Source: Candidatus Poribacteria bacterium
GTDB lineage: Bacteria > Poribacteria > WGA-4E > WGA-3G
Length of the DNA: 64,000 bases
Direction of reading: 5' to 3'
Assembly (NCBI GenBank): GCA_965205015.1
Contig: OZ242029.1
Coordinates: 2,272,001-2,336,000, forward strand
The notes beneath the pieces are model-generated. The model had not been told where the DNA came from, ran no database searches, and saw only the letters and a list, made by a program, of their open reading frames with translations. Positions 9,742 through 19,321 of the stretch are shown piece by piece. Position 1 is the first letter of the stretch; each line of letters opens with the position of its first letter. The position numbers and the translations under genes were made by a program.

Positions 9742-10491
9742 TTAGCGTTTGAGCTCTGCCCACTGTATTGCTAACTTGCCGTGTGGTTCAACGGGCAGAA
9801 ACGTTTCAACGCCCTCCATTATCAGGCTGATCTCGTCCTCATCTAACGCACGGGTAAAGACTGCATAATCGTCCATTATACCGGCAAACGTCTCGCCGCC
9901 GGAGCCGCCAAGACGGTAGGTCACATTGTTACCGCGTGTCTCTTGGAAGTCGGTCTCAGCGACCATATCGCCGTTCGCGTAAATCCTGAATTTATCGCCA
10001 TCACCTTGGACGATAACATGCATCCACTTATCCTTTTCGACGATCCCACCTTCGCTCTGACACAGCACTGTCCACCCGGCGACCTGTCCGCGCCAAGAGA
10101 GGAGGCCTTGAACTTTGTTGAGGAAGAAGGTATTATGCCCCGAAGCCGTCGGGAGACTCCGCCAGATATGCTCCCACTCGGTCCCCTCAAAATTCGGTTT
10201 AATCCAAGCGGAAATCGTGAAGGGATCTGCTTTGAAGATGTCTCCGTGGAGGGAATCGGAAACTTGCAGTTGGACAAAAGCCATTGCATCTAACTCGATA
10301 GCGTCTCCAAATTTGCCTTTAACCCAATTGGATCCGCCGTCAATCTCGCCATCGTTTCCGTTTCCAGATGCATCCTCCGCATTACCCTCAAAGGGGAAGT
10401 ATGCCACCAAATCTGGATCCTCACCCGCAATTCCTATAGTGGTGCTCATCATCATCAAGGTGACTGCCAAAGTTAACATAAAGACTTTCAT
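9742..10491 (-). CDS. Secreted LamG/concanavalin-like domain protein
   Basis: Signal peptide, LVAYFPFEG..DASGNGNDG, FTISAWI, F.G.MDD...FTRAL; tail VEPHGKLAIQWAELKR. Confidence 0.85.
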   Translation of the reverse strand: MKVFMLTLAVTLMMMSTTIGIAGEDPDLVAYFPFEGNAEDASGNGNDGEIDGGSNWVKGKFGDAIELDAMAFVQLQVSDSLHGDIFKADPFTISAWIKPNFEGTEWEHIWRSLPTASGHNTFFLNKVQGLLSWRGQVAGWTVLCQSEGGIVEKDKWMHVIVQGDGDKFRIYANGDMVAETDFQETRGNNVTYRLGGSGGETFAGIMDDYAVFTRALDEDEISLIMEGVETFLPVEPHGKLAIQWAELKR

Positions 10492-10538
10492 CGGAATCGC
10501 TCCTTTTAAGTAGTTCGTTATTGAGAAAGACTCAAAAA

Positions 10539-10850
10539 CTAAGACGTACCGCGCCTTTGCTTCTTTTCCCATTCCCTTGCACCTTCTCGCGTCGTCCTAT
10601 TGCCAACCCGCTGGATATGGACATCTTTACCGTAATTCCGTTGGTGCTCCTTTTCGCGGCGGTCTAAGTCGTTAGTAATCCCACTACGGATAATTTGGTT
10701 ACCGCGCTTTAGATGGTATTTATAGGTATCACGTTTAGGTTCTATAGGGACGCCTCTCGCCTCAAGTACCTCTTTTACTGCTCGTTCAATTTTTGATTTT
10801 GAAAGTTTCCCTCGCTTGGGCGGATATTTGACGACTCTTTGTCTTGGCAT
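10539..10850 (-). CDS. Small GIY-YIG nuclease-like protein
   Basis: TYKY...SGITNDLDRREKEH...AREWE pattern; basic N-terminal extension. Confidence 0.6.
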   Translation of the reverse strand: MPRQRVVKYPPKRGKLSKSKIERAVKEVLEARGVPIEPKRDTYKYHLKRGNQIIRSGITNDLDRREKEHQRNYGKDVHIQRVGNRTTREGAREWEKKQRRGTS

Positions 10851-10920
10851 TCTACTTACCTACTCGGTTTCACCTATGTAGAGATTTTTCGGAAAACGAC
10901 TCTATCCCTTTCTCCTTAAA

Positions 10921-10950
10921 AGTATATCATAAATTTTTGTAAATCGTCAA
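10921..10950 (-). promoter_or_regulatory. Sigma-70-like promoter for the GIY-YIG gene
   Basis: TTGACG-18 bp-TATACT on the minus strand. Confidence 0.45.
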
Positions 10951-10962
10951 CCTTTAGGGAAG

Positions 10963-12324
10963 GTCACTTACCCCCATTTTTTTCTGAAGGTTTGTGGTGA
11001 AAGGTTTTAGTTGTAAAAAGTGTGAGAAACTCAGTGGGTTTATGATAAAATACCTCCTTACAGCAACTGTTTGTAAACGCATTTTACAAAACATGTAAGG
11101 AGGTATTTTATGAAAAAGAGATACCCAAAACGGGTAAATCCAGAAACGATGATAACACGTTTTGGAGAAATCTTCAAGTCTGTTGGTATGAAAAAACCGG
11201 TTTTTCGGAATCTGGTATTGGTCTTGATAGCGATCAGTGTTGCCCCGACGTTTCGGATCAATGAAGTTGCGTCGCGTTTGTCGCTCGTCGTCAAGCGGGA
11301 GAAGTCGAAACAGAAAAGGTTTCTGCGTTTCCTTGACACCCCACTGCCGATTGATGCGCTCAAAGAAGCGTGGTTCGTGTCGGTTGTGGGTTGGTTTTTC
11401 AAGGATGCGGGTGCTCATCTGTATTTGCTCGTTGATGAGACGTCTCTGATTGCCGGGTGGAAAGCCCTTGTTGTTTCGATCCCGTTTCGGCATCGTGCGA
11501 TCCCTGTCTTTTGGTTCATCTATAGCGATCACCAGCTTCACGAGGGTATCTATAAGAGTCATAATGAGATTATCCAATACTTCTGTGTCCATGTTTATCA
11601 AGAGGCTTTAGGGGTGGTGTCGCGGCATCAACAACGACCTGTTCTGGTGTTTGACCGTGGTTTTGGGCGTGCGCGATACGTCATCAAGTTTCTCAAGGCA
11701 CGGGATATCCCGTTCGTGATGCGTGTTGCGAGAAATGTCGGTATCCGGCATGATGGGAGTCTGAAGAAACTTGATGACCTCGAAGCGGGCTGGTATCGGC
11801 ATATCCTTTATCAGGCGCAGGAGCAGATACCGCTTCAACTCTATATCCTCAGAGATGAGACCTTCAAAGACCCGATGTATCTTATCTCCAATCGCCTCAG
11901 TGGACATCAGATACATCACTGCTACAAACGCCGCATGCAGATTGAACACGGGTTTCGAGATATAAAGTCGTGCTTCGGATTTGGTAAACTCGTCTTGAAA
12001 AAACCGACACAAGCGCGTCTGGAGGTCCTTTGGTTATGTGCCTGCCTCGCTTATGGATTGCTGTTTATCAGTTACGAGAAGGTCGCCTCTACGCATTGGC
12101 AGAGGGCATATAATAGTAATAACAGAAAAACTTTTTCTGTTATTACTATTATCAAACGCGTGCTCACCGACTTATGGAACCAACACTTTCTTATCTCCTT
12201 TTTCACCGAGATAGGTGCCAGAGGGGATCCACTTTTCGGACCCACTCACTGACTGACTTTCTCACAGAAAAACCTGACTACATCAACTACAATCTACTCT
12301 CGAAAAAAAATGGGGGTAAGTGAC
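10963..12324 (+). mobile_element. IS4-family insertion sequence
   Basis: TIRs GTCACTTACCCCCATTTTTTT at both ends; flanking direct repeat TTAGGGAA(G/C) at 10954-10962 and 12325-12333; single DDE transposase. Confidence 0.9.
11110..12252 (+). CDS. IS4-family DDE transposase
   Basis: VDET, FDRGF and YKRRMQIEHGFRDIK (YREK signature); GGAGG RBS. Confidence 0.92.
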   Translation: MKKRYPKRVNPETMITRFGEIFKSVGMKKPVFRNLVLVLIAISVAPTFRINEVASRLSLVVKREKSKQKRFLRFLDTPLPIDALKEAWFVSVVGWFFKDAGAHLYLLVDETSLIAGWKALVVSIPFRHRAIPVFWFIYSDHQLHEGIYKSHNEIIQYFCVHVYQEALGVVSRHQQRPVLVFDRGFGRARYVIKFLKARDIPFVMRVARNVGIRHDGSLKKLDDLEAGWYRHILYQAQEQIPLQLYILRDETFKDPMYLISNRLSGHQIHHCYKRRMQIEHGFRDIKSCFGFGKLVLKKPTQARLEVLWLCACLAYGLLFISYEKVASTHWQRAYNSNNRKTFSVITIIKRVLTDLWNQHFLISFFTEIGARGDPLFGPTH

Positions 12325-12430
12325 TTAGGGAACACCTGCACACGCTTTCGATTTTATGAAAATCTCACATCTTCTGAAGAAAAAAGGTGTAGTTTGGCAC
12401 TAAAGAAACAAATGATATTAGGAGAAAAGT

Positions 12431-13333
12431 GTGAAATTATTTTCTGTTGTTCTGGTACTTGTCTTTCTGGCTTGGAACCGTGTGGTGATTCCAGAGGAAA
12501 TAGTAACCCCTTTGAAGGCTGTTAAAGTGCTTCCAGTAGAAGGTCCTGAAAATAACCAACCCTCTGGCTTGACGATTTTCAATAACACTTTATTTACAGT
12601 CTCTGACAAACACGACGACACTATTTTTCGTATCCAACTTAACGGCAATAAAGCCGTTTTAGTGCCGCATGTTCAATTTGAACCGTCAGAACTTGTTACA
12701 GAAAAGGCTCTTGACTTTGAAGGGATCACGTGTGATAGCGAAGGTAACTTTTACATTATCAGCGAAAGCACTTTCAGAATTCTTCGAGTGAGTGCTGATG
12801 GAAAAGAGGTTTCTTGGGTCTCTCCCAGTTTACAGTCTTATGGGGAAAAAGTCGGGCTTTTTCAAACCCGAGGGGCTTATTTGGAAGGAATTACCTTCGT
12901 TGACGAAAATCAATTTGTTGTTTGCGCGGAGAGGCAACCCCGAGGAATTATTGAAGTCAATACCGACACAACGCCTCCAAAAATTACAGCATTCAAATAT
13001 AATACCACCAGAGCCGAGCTGCCAAAAGACAGAAATCCCGATTTCACTGGACTCTTTTGGGAAAACGAAATTCTCTATACGCTCCAAAGAAACGCTTACG
13101 TATTATGCAAGTTAGTTAAAAACCAGCAGGGATTTGAGGAAGAAAATTTCTGGTCATACAAAGCCATTGTGACTCGCGAAGAATTCCAATATGAGAATAT
13201 GATATTTGGGAGAGCCGAAGGGCTATGCATGGACAAAGATTACGTGTATGTGATCCTTGATAATAATGGTGACGCGAGGCGCGCAGTTCCAAGTGACCGG
13301 AGGCCTCTGCTATTAATTATGGAACGCCCTTAA
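12431..13333 (+). CDS. Secreted SdiA-regulated / phytase-like beta-propeller protein
   Basis: Signal peptide; repeated PSGL, DFEGIT, LEGIT, AEGL blades. Confidence 0.65.
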   Translation: MKLFSVVLVLVFLAWNRVVIPEEIVTPLKAVKVLPVEGPENNQPSGLTIFNNTLFTVSDKHDDTIFRIQLNGNKAVLVPHVQFEPSELVTEKALDFEGITCDSEGNFYIISESTFRILRVSADGKEVSWVSPSLQSYGEKVGLFQTRGAYLEGITFVDENQFVVCAERQPRGIIEVNTDTTPPKITAFKYNTTRAELPKDRNPDFTGLFWENEILYTLQRNAYVLCKLVKNQQGFEEENFWSYKAIVTREEFQYENMIFGRAEGLCMDKDYVYVILDNNGDARRAVPSDRRPLLLIMERP

Positions 13334-13396
13334 TTGGCTTCCGCGAATCCACGATTATCAACAGTTTGAACAGGGGACCTTAAAGGAAAAAGAAAC

Positions 13397-13717
13397 ATGC
13401 ACTTAGAAGACATCATCGCCAGAGCACGACATATACGAGTGCTTTATGAAGACTATGAGCGGGAAAATTATGGACGTGAGTGGTCAACGGCTGAAATTGT
13501 CTTGGGACTCATGGGGGACCTTGGGGATTTGGCGAAACTAATTCAAGCCCATTTAGGTATCCGTGGGACACTACCCACGCAAGAAATTGAGGCGAAATTA
13601 GCACATGAATTGGCAGATTGCCTTTGGTCGGTTTTGGTTCTATCGGACAAATTGCAGATTAATCTTGAAGATGCCTTTGTTGCCACAATGGATGAATTGG
13701 AAGAGCGTTTTAAATAA
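13397..13717 (+). CDS. Single-domain MazG-like nucleotide pyrophosphohydrolase
   Basis: GDLGDLAK...LAHELADCLW motif. Confidence 0.75.
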   Translation: MHLEDIIARARHIRVLYEDYERENYGREWSTAEIVLGLMGDLGDLAKLIQAHLGIRGTLPTQEIEAKLAHELADCLWSVLVLSDKLQINLEDAFVATMDELEERFK

Positions 13718-13728
13718 CACTCATATCT

Positions 13729-14943
13729 TCATAAATCCGAATGAGCAATCTTCGCATAGACTCCATGAAGTTTCTCGCCGATGCTTCTCCAATCGTAATC
13801 CCGCTCCACACGAGCACGTCCATTTTCACCGATCCGACGGCGAAGTGAGGCCTCCGTGAGCAATCGGGTGACCGCTTCGGCAAAGACCGTGGGTTCGTCG
13901 GCGATGAAGATCTCCTCGCCGTCTTTGAGATCCAATCCCTCTGCCCCGACTGAGGTAGAGACAATCGCCTTACCCATCGCCAACGCCTCAAGGATTTTCA
14001 GACGGGTGCCGCTTCCGATCCGCAGCGGCACGACAAAAACCGTCGCTTCGGCAAAATACGGCTTGATCTCCGGGACACGTCCCGTCACAACGACCCCTTT
14101 TCTCTCCGCCAACTTTTGGACACGCGCCGATGGATTCCCACCAACAATCGAGAATCTGACATCGGGGACGCGCTCTTGAATCCGTGGCAGGACCTCATCC
14201 GCAAAGAAGCCGACAGCGTCCTCATTGGGATACCAGTCCATACTCCCGATATAGATCAGATGTGCCGGAACTTCAGCGGAAAAATCTGGCAGGTAGTGTG
14301 TAACATCAACACCGTTTGGGATTATCTCAATAGTATTTTTCGCACAATGTCGTTGGAATACGGCGGCATCAATGTCAGAGGTACACGCCACCGCATCGAA
14401 CTTTGGGCTTAGCACCCGCTCATACCGTTGAAATGCGAGTTGCTGCGTCCAGTACGCGAATTTATAGAACGGATTGATAGTTTCACGGCAGAGTCGCCGC
14501 CAGATTGCAGAATCGACGTTCTGTTGTGAAAGCACACTCGGCAGGCGCGCTTCTGTATGGAATTGCGCTGTGTGAAACATTTCATAATGGACGAGATCAA
14601 AGGTTCCGGTTGCGATTAATTCTTTAAATTTCTGGCGGTAGGTGGGAAGATCGTAACGGGCAACGGTGATCGGTTGTCGTTTGAGGGACGCTTTAAGAAG
14701 CGTACCGAATGATACAGGGGGAAGCGTCTGCGCGTTTGGGACGAGGTGGACCTGAATTCCTAACTGCTGGAGTTGCGCAACACCTTCCGCATCCGTCGGT
14801 TGTGTCTCCAAGGCGAGCAGAGTTACATCGTCTTTCGTGGCAATCTGTTTGAGGAGGTTAAATACCCGAATACGGCCCCCATCGGTGAGTGGAAATGGCA
14901 CGGTAGGCGATAGGAAGAGGATCCGCATTTTTTCGTCAGACAT
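13729..14943 (-). CDS. Glycosyltransferase family 4
   Basis: PFPLTDGGRIR, IPNGVD, GTRLKILEALAMGKAIVST. Confidence 0.9.
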   Translation of the reverse strand: MSDEKMRILFLSPTVPFPLTDGGRIRVFNLLKQIATKDDVTLLALETQPTDAEGVAQLQQLGIQVHLVPNAQTLPPVSFGTLLKASLKRQPITVARYDLPTYRQKFKELIATGTFDLVHYEMFHTAQFHTEARLPSVLSQQNVDSAIWRRLCRETINPFYKFAYWTQQLAFQRYERVLSPKFDAVACTSDIDAAVFQRHCAKNTIEIIPNGVDVTHYLPDFSAEVPAHLIYIGSMDWYPNEDAVGFFADEVLPRIQERVPDVRFSIVGGNPSARVQKLAERKGVVVTGRVPEIKPYFAEATVFVVPLRIGSGTRLKILEALAMGKAIVSTSVGAEGLDLKDGEEIFIADEPTVFAEAVTRLLTEASLRRRIGENGRARVERDYDWRSIGEKLHGVYAKIAHSDL

Positions 14944-15988
14944 CTATAACGGCTGCCTCGTCAATGGTGATTTCCTGATTTGTAGCGTCGATGCGAGCCC
15001 TCATGCCCATGGGAATAACGAACATTGGATCGGTGTGTCCGAAGTCCATATTGGTGACAATCGGCATCTCATTTAACCCGTATTCCTCACGGACGGTTTC
15101 ACAGAGGGCAGTGTCGTACTCGTGAAAGGTGTCGGGATCAACACCACCGCCGGGGCGTCCGAGGAGTATACCGCCAAGTCCTTCGAGAATACCCATCGCG
15201 GCGAGGCATCTCACAAACTCCGTTAGGAACGAGGGTGGCGGTGCGTCTTCCGAAGTTTCCAAGAAAAGAACAGCACCTCGAAGATCGGTGGGAGCCGGAA
15301 AAAAGTCGGTGCCTCGGAGCCAGTCCAAAACCTCAACACAGCCCCCAAAAAGTTGTCCTTCAATGACCCCTTCCTCCTGATGAAACTTCCAACCGGTACA
15401 GGGGTTCAATTTTCGGCGAACTGACTGATTTTCTGGATTCTCCCACGGCAAATATTCGACTGTCCATCCTGTGCGGTTCGGTTCAAGAACGCCAATCGGT
15501 TCGGTAGAAAAGAGGGTCCGCCGGACGGAATCCACCATGTATGGAAACATCCCACAGTTTTCGGCAAACCCTGCCATGAACGAGGGACCGTAGAACGACA
15601 CGAGACCCACTTTAAAACAAGCAGCGTGCGATATAGTGGTATCCGAGAAGCCCATGAAGACCTTGGGATTATTCCGAATTACATCCAAATCGAGGTATGG
15701 GAGGGTGCGAATGGAATCTTCACCACCGATCGTTGAGATGATACCGTCAATTGTACTATCGGCGAAAGCCGCCATCAGATCGTCGGCACGCGCTTTGGGA
15801 TTTTTGGAGAGCCAGACTGCATTCCGCAAAGCGTGTTCCGTTTCGATAACCGTCACGCCGAATTCTTCTTCAAATTGATGTTTACCTATCTCGTAGCGGT
15901 AGGGAACAGTGCCGGGACCCCCCCAAGAGAGCGAAATCGCTGCGATACGGCTACCGGGACGTAGCAGCTTGGGTTTTATTTTATCCAT
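14936..15988 (-). CDS. Peptidase S66 / LD-carboxypeptidase (MccF-like)
   Basis: IGGEDS, GFSDTT, LFLETSE, DFGHTDP (Ser-Glu-His triad). Confidence 0.9.
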   Translation of the reverse strand: MDKIKPKLLRPGSRIAAISLSWGGPGTVPYRYEIGKHQFEEEFGVTVIETEHALRNAVWLSKNPKARADDLMAAFADSTIDGIISTIGGEDSIRTLPYLDLDVIRNNPKVFMGFSDTTISHAACFKVGLVSFYGPSFMAGFAENCGMFPYMVDSVRRTLFSTEPIGVLEPNRTGWTVEYLPWENPENQSVRRKLNPCTGWKFHQEEGVIEGQLFGGCVEVLDWLRGTDFFPAPTDLRGAVLFLETSEDAPPPSFLTEFVRCLAAMGILEGLGGILLGRPGGGVDPDTFHEYDTALCETVREEYGLNEMPIVTNMDFGHTDPMFVIPMGMRARIDATNQEITIDEAAVIDV

Positions 15989-17054
15989 CGGGAAATCTGA
16001 CGCTCTCCTTCAATCTGTCAATGAGTACGAGCAGCCGTTCCTTGGCTTGCTGGCGTGAACTCAACGTCGGAGGGGGTGGTTCAAAAATAGTCCCGCGCTC
16101 GCTTTGCACCCAGCCTTTTGTGCTGTCGTCAACCTTAATACGGAGCCATCTGCTCTCAAGATCGAGATAAACCTTCAATCGATTGTTCTCACTTCGGATA
16201 TTATATTTCAAGGGAGGACTATTTATCTGCCAACGCATACCGTCTGTGCCTGCTGACACCCGCGCCCGTCGCGATAGCGGTATCTTCTCCGCAACAAATT
16301 CTTGGAGCAATTTGGAAGGTAACTTTCCTTGTGCGAGGGAATCCTGCGATGCCGCATCCGCCTCAAACAGAAACGTCAGAATTTCAAACTTCGATAATTG
16401 AAAAACGTTGAGCTTCCCTTCACCCTTCACAACGCTGTAAGCCTGCTTATATCCGTTATCTTTGATGAGCCACCGTCTGTTTGCTTGTTTAGTGGAGATT
16501 TCCAAATCCTGTGAGAGTGAAATTTTGTTTGCGTCAAACGCCTCCCTTAGATCGGGGAGATAGACCTCAACATTGCTGTCAGCTTTCACGACTGTATAAG
16601 CAGCCCCTATGGTATCCCTGAGGAGCCATTCTTCGCCACTTAGCAAAACTTCAATAGGGGATGCGCTCGGACGGAATCGAATATCTTTTGTCATATCCGA
16701 AAACATCTTTTGCCAATCCGTTCCTGTCTTCAAAGACGCGTCCAAACGGGCTGTTTTCAATCTCGCACGATGCGCCAACCCCGCTGTAAATAGAAGTTCA
16801 CGCTCCAATTTACGGCTATTCAGGTTGCTAATGAATTGTGGGTCCAAACTAAAGCGGTAAACATCTTTAGTATATACAATCGGCTTCGAGTCAACCGTGG
16901 GTCTTCCGCGTAGGGCTGTCCGTGTGTGGATTTGGAGTTTCGGTACCTTTTTCTGCTCAACCGGTGGGGCTTGGAGGAGATAGACACAGATGCCAAAACC
17001 GATCGCAAAGATAAAAATAATGAGAAATGTGAGTCTTTTCAAAAACGCTTTCAT
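15981..17054 (-). CDS. Membrane-anchored hypothetical protein with internal repeats and SH3b-like ends
   Basis: N-terminal TM; LRGRPTVDS and WLRIKVDDSTKGWV; three W-x-(I/L)...Y...V(Y/F) repeats. Confidence 0.55.
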   Translation of the reverse strand: MKAFLKRLTFLIIFIFAIGFGICVYLLQAPPVEQKKVPKLQIHTRTALRGRPTVDSKPIVYTKDVYRFSLDPQFISNLNSRKLERELLFTAGLAHRARLKTARLDASLKTGTDWQKMFSDMTKDIRFRPSASPIEVLLSGEEWLLRDTIGAAYTVVKADSNVEVYLPDLREAFDANKISLSQDLEISTKQANRRWLIKDNGYKQAYSVVKGEGKLNVFQLSKFEILTFLFEADAASQDSLAQGKLPSKLLQEFVAEKIPLSRRARVSAGTDGMRWQINSPPLKYNIRSENNRLKVYLDLESRWLRIKVDDSTKGWVQSERGTIFEPPPPTLSSRQQAKERLLVLIDRLKESVRFPDG

Positions 17055-17191
17055 ATTTTTGTCCTACTGCTGAACTTTTTTCTCTTTAAACGGATATTCG
17101 GAAAAACCGGTTGACATTAAGTTGCTGACAGTCCACAATTAACTTCAAAAAATCTCTGTGTATTTCATTATTGTCTACGATTTGGAAAAAT

Positions 17192-18484
17192 ATGCAAGAC
17201 TTAAACGCCTTAGCAACTGAACTAAATGAGCAGCTTCGCGCCGCATCACCAGCGGTCTTTGCACTCCTCTCCGAATTAGGAAAACGTATCTACCTACCAA
17301 GAGGCATCTTAAGCCAAACGGCAGAGGCGGGTGCGAAAGCACATCGTTTCAACGCCACACGGGCGATCGCTTCGGAAGATGGTGACATGATGCATCTCGC
17401 GGTCTCGCGAGAACTCGTGCCAACACTCCCGTTGGAAGGCATCTACGGGTATGCCCCCGTGCTCGGTCAACCCGAATTACGGGAGGCGTGGAAAACGCAT
17501 CTTTTGAAAGAGAATCCTTCGCTTGCCGAGGCAACACTGAGTCTACCAATTGTGACGAGTGGCATGACGCACGGGTTTAGTCTACTCGCCGAACTTTTCG
17601 TTGACAGTGGGGACGCACTCATCCTCCCCGACAAGATTTGGGGGAACTATCGACTCATCTTCCAAACCAAAGCAGGGGCGCGCCTTCAAACCTATCCGTT
17701 CTTCAACGCTGCAGGCGGTTTTAGCACACAAGGTTTTCGTGAAATACTTACCAACACGACCGACGAGAAATTGCTGATTCTCCTGAATTTCCCACACAAC
17801 CCCACAGGCTACGCGATTAACCGCACGGAAGCGCAGCGTATTGTGGACGCAATTGTAGCGCGTGCCGACGCTGGAAGCCGTATTCTTGTTATGATTGACG
17901 ATGCCTACGCCGGGTTGTGGTATGACGCATCCGTCATGCACAAATCGCTGTTTGGGTTGTTGGTCGGATGTCATCCGAATGTCCTGCCCGTGAAGGTAGA
18001 TGGTGCAACGAAGGAGGAATATGCGTGGGGACTACGCGTGGCATTTATCAGTTTTGGGCTCGGAGAGATAGCGATGCAACCGCTTGAACAGAAATTCAGT
18101 GGCCTGATTCGAGCGAATACCTCCGGTGCATCACAAGTCTCTCAAACGCTTATCCTCGAAGCGATGAAGGCACCCGATTATGCTGAGCAAAAACAGCGAA
18201 ACTATGAGATTCTCAAGGCGCGCGCGTTAAAAGTGAAAGCGGTAGCATCTGATGCGCGGTATGCGAAACTTTGGGAGGTCTATCCGAGCCATGCCGGCTA
18301 TTTCACGTGTCTGAACCTCAAATCCGGGAACGCTGAGAAAGTTCGGCAACGACTTCTTGAGGCGCACGGTATCGGCACGATTTCACTCGGTGAAACCGAA
18401 CTGCGGGTGGCTTATTCGTGCCTTGAGGAATCGGATATTGAGACTGTCTTCAGGACAATCGCAGAGGTTGTTGAGGACGCATAG
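17192..18484 (+). CDS. PLP-dependent aminotransferase class I/II
   Basis: NFPHNPTG, DDAY, ATKE..AWGLRV; TTGACA-17-CACAAT at 17111-17139. Confidence 0.88.
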   Translation: MQDLNALATELNEQLRAASPAVFALLSELGKRIYLPRGILSQTAEAGAKAHRFNATRAIASEDGDMMHLAVSRELVPTLPLEGIYGYAPVLGQPELREAWKTHLLKENPSLAEATLSLPIVTSGMTHGFSLLAELFVDSGDALILPDKIWGNYRLIFQTKAGARLQTYPFFNAAGGFSTQGFREILTNTTDEKLLILLNFPHNPTGYAINRTEAQRIVDAIVARADAGSRILVMIDDAYAGLWYDASVMHKSLFGLLVGCHPNVLPVKVDGATKEEYAWGLRVAFISFGLGEIAMQPLEQKFSGLIRANTSGASQVSQTLILEAMKAPDYAEQKQRNYEILKARALKVKAVASDARYAKLWEVYPSHAGYFTCLNLKSGNAEKVRQRLLEAHGIGTISLGETELRVAYSCLEESDIETVFRTIAEVVEDA

Positions 18485-18561
18485 CCCGTCGGTTGGATTG
18501 AATGTGGTGAACGCCACACGCGGATATACTATGGTGAATCGTCAAAATATGTAGGCATCTT

Positions 18562-18587
18562 GTAGGGGCACCCCTTGTGGGTGCCCC
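18562..18587. repeat. GTAG-type REP hairpin between convergent genes
   Basis: GTAGGGGCACCC-CTTGT-GGGTGCCCC. Confidence 0.7.
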
Positions 18588-18608
18588 AAATTCTATAAAA
18601 AATTAAAT

Positions 18609-19244
18609 CTATCGCCGCTCATTTTTCAAAGCACCCCACGCCGTAGCGAGTTTGCCTTCGGGTTCAACGGAGAGCGTCCCGATGGTGTATCGGAAATAGA
18701 TGTCGTCTTCAGCATCGTTAGGTCCACACCATACCCAATTCGCTTCACACTCGGGGTCTTTGAGAATTTGTTCCATGATTGCGGCACCAAACCCCCATAT
18801 ACCACCCCCGAACTTTTCATAGATTTCGAGTTCATCTTCCCAATCGCTATCGTCGAAATCGACCTCTTCCCAGCCGTCTTTCCGATCGGCAAGGACTTTA
18901 CCGGTATCACATCGCCACCCGTCTTCGCCTGTGCCGATGTAGTCGGGTTTATCGTTGAGGATAATATCGGCGAGAAACCCGCCTCTACCGGCGGCACCGG
19001 GTTCAGCATCGTGGACATAGACAGCGATCTGTGCGAAGCCTTTGTCCAGTTCGAACTCACTGACCGTGGGAGCTTGCCAGTTCCCGCTCGCAGCGACCTC
19101 TTCACCGTTAACGAACGCAACCCAAGTGTTATCACCACTGACCCGCAAGGTGCCTTTTGTTGGCGCGGCATCCACTGTTTGCATCAGAAGCATACCGCTC
19201 AGGAAGAGCATGAGTGTGAAAGAAAACATTAATCGGTTTGTCAT
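18609..19244 (-). CDS. Secreted lectin-like / carbohydrate-binding protein
   Basis: Signal peptide; GDN...FVNG, GW.EVDFDDSDW, ANWVW, IYFRY; tail VEPEGKLATAWGALK. Confidence 0.65.
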   Translation of the reverse strand: MTNRLMFSFTLMLFLSGMLLMQTVDAAPTKGTLRVSGDNTWVAFVNGEEVAASGNWQAPTVSEFELDKGFAQIAVYVHDAEPGAAGRGGFLADIILNDKPDYIGTGEDGWRCDTGKVLADRKDGWEEVDFDDSDWEDELEIYEKFGGGIWGFGAAIMEQILKDPECEANWVWCGPNDAEDDIYFRYTIGTLSVEPEGKLATAWGALKNERR

Positions 19245-19321
19245 AAAAACCTCCATAAAAGCACGGTCGGAAACCGTACCAATTGTTTGTTGTGGCACAC
19301 AGCATGTGCCGATTCTTTTGT

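Noticed and set aside
10954-11601. 215-aa antisense ORF within the IS
   Set aside because: Overlaps the transposase and TIR, with no motif or RBS support
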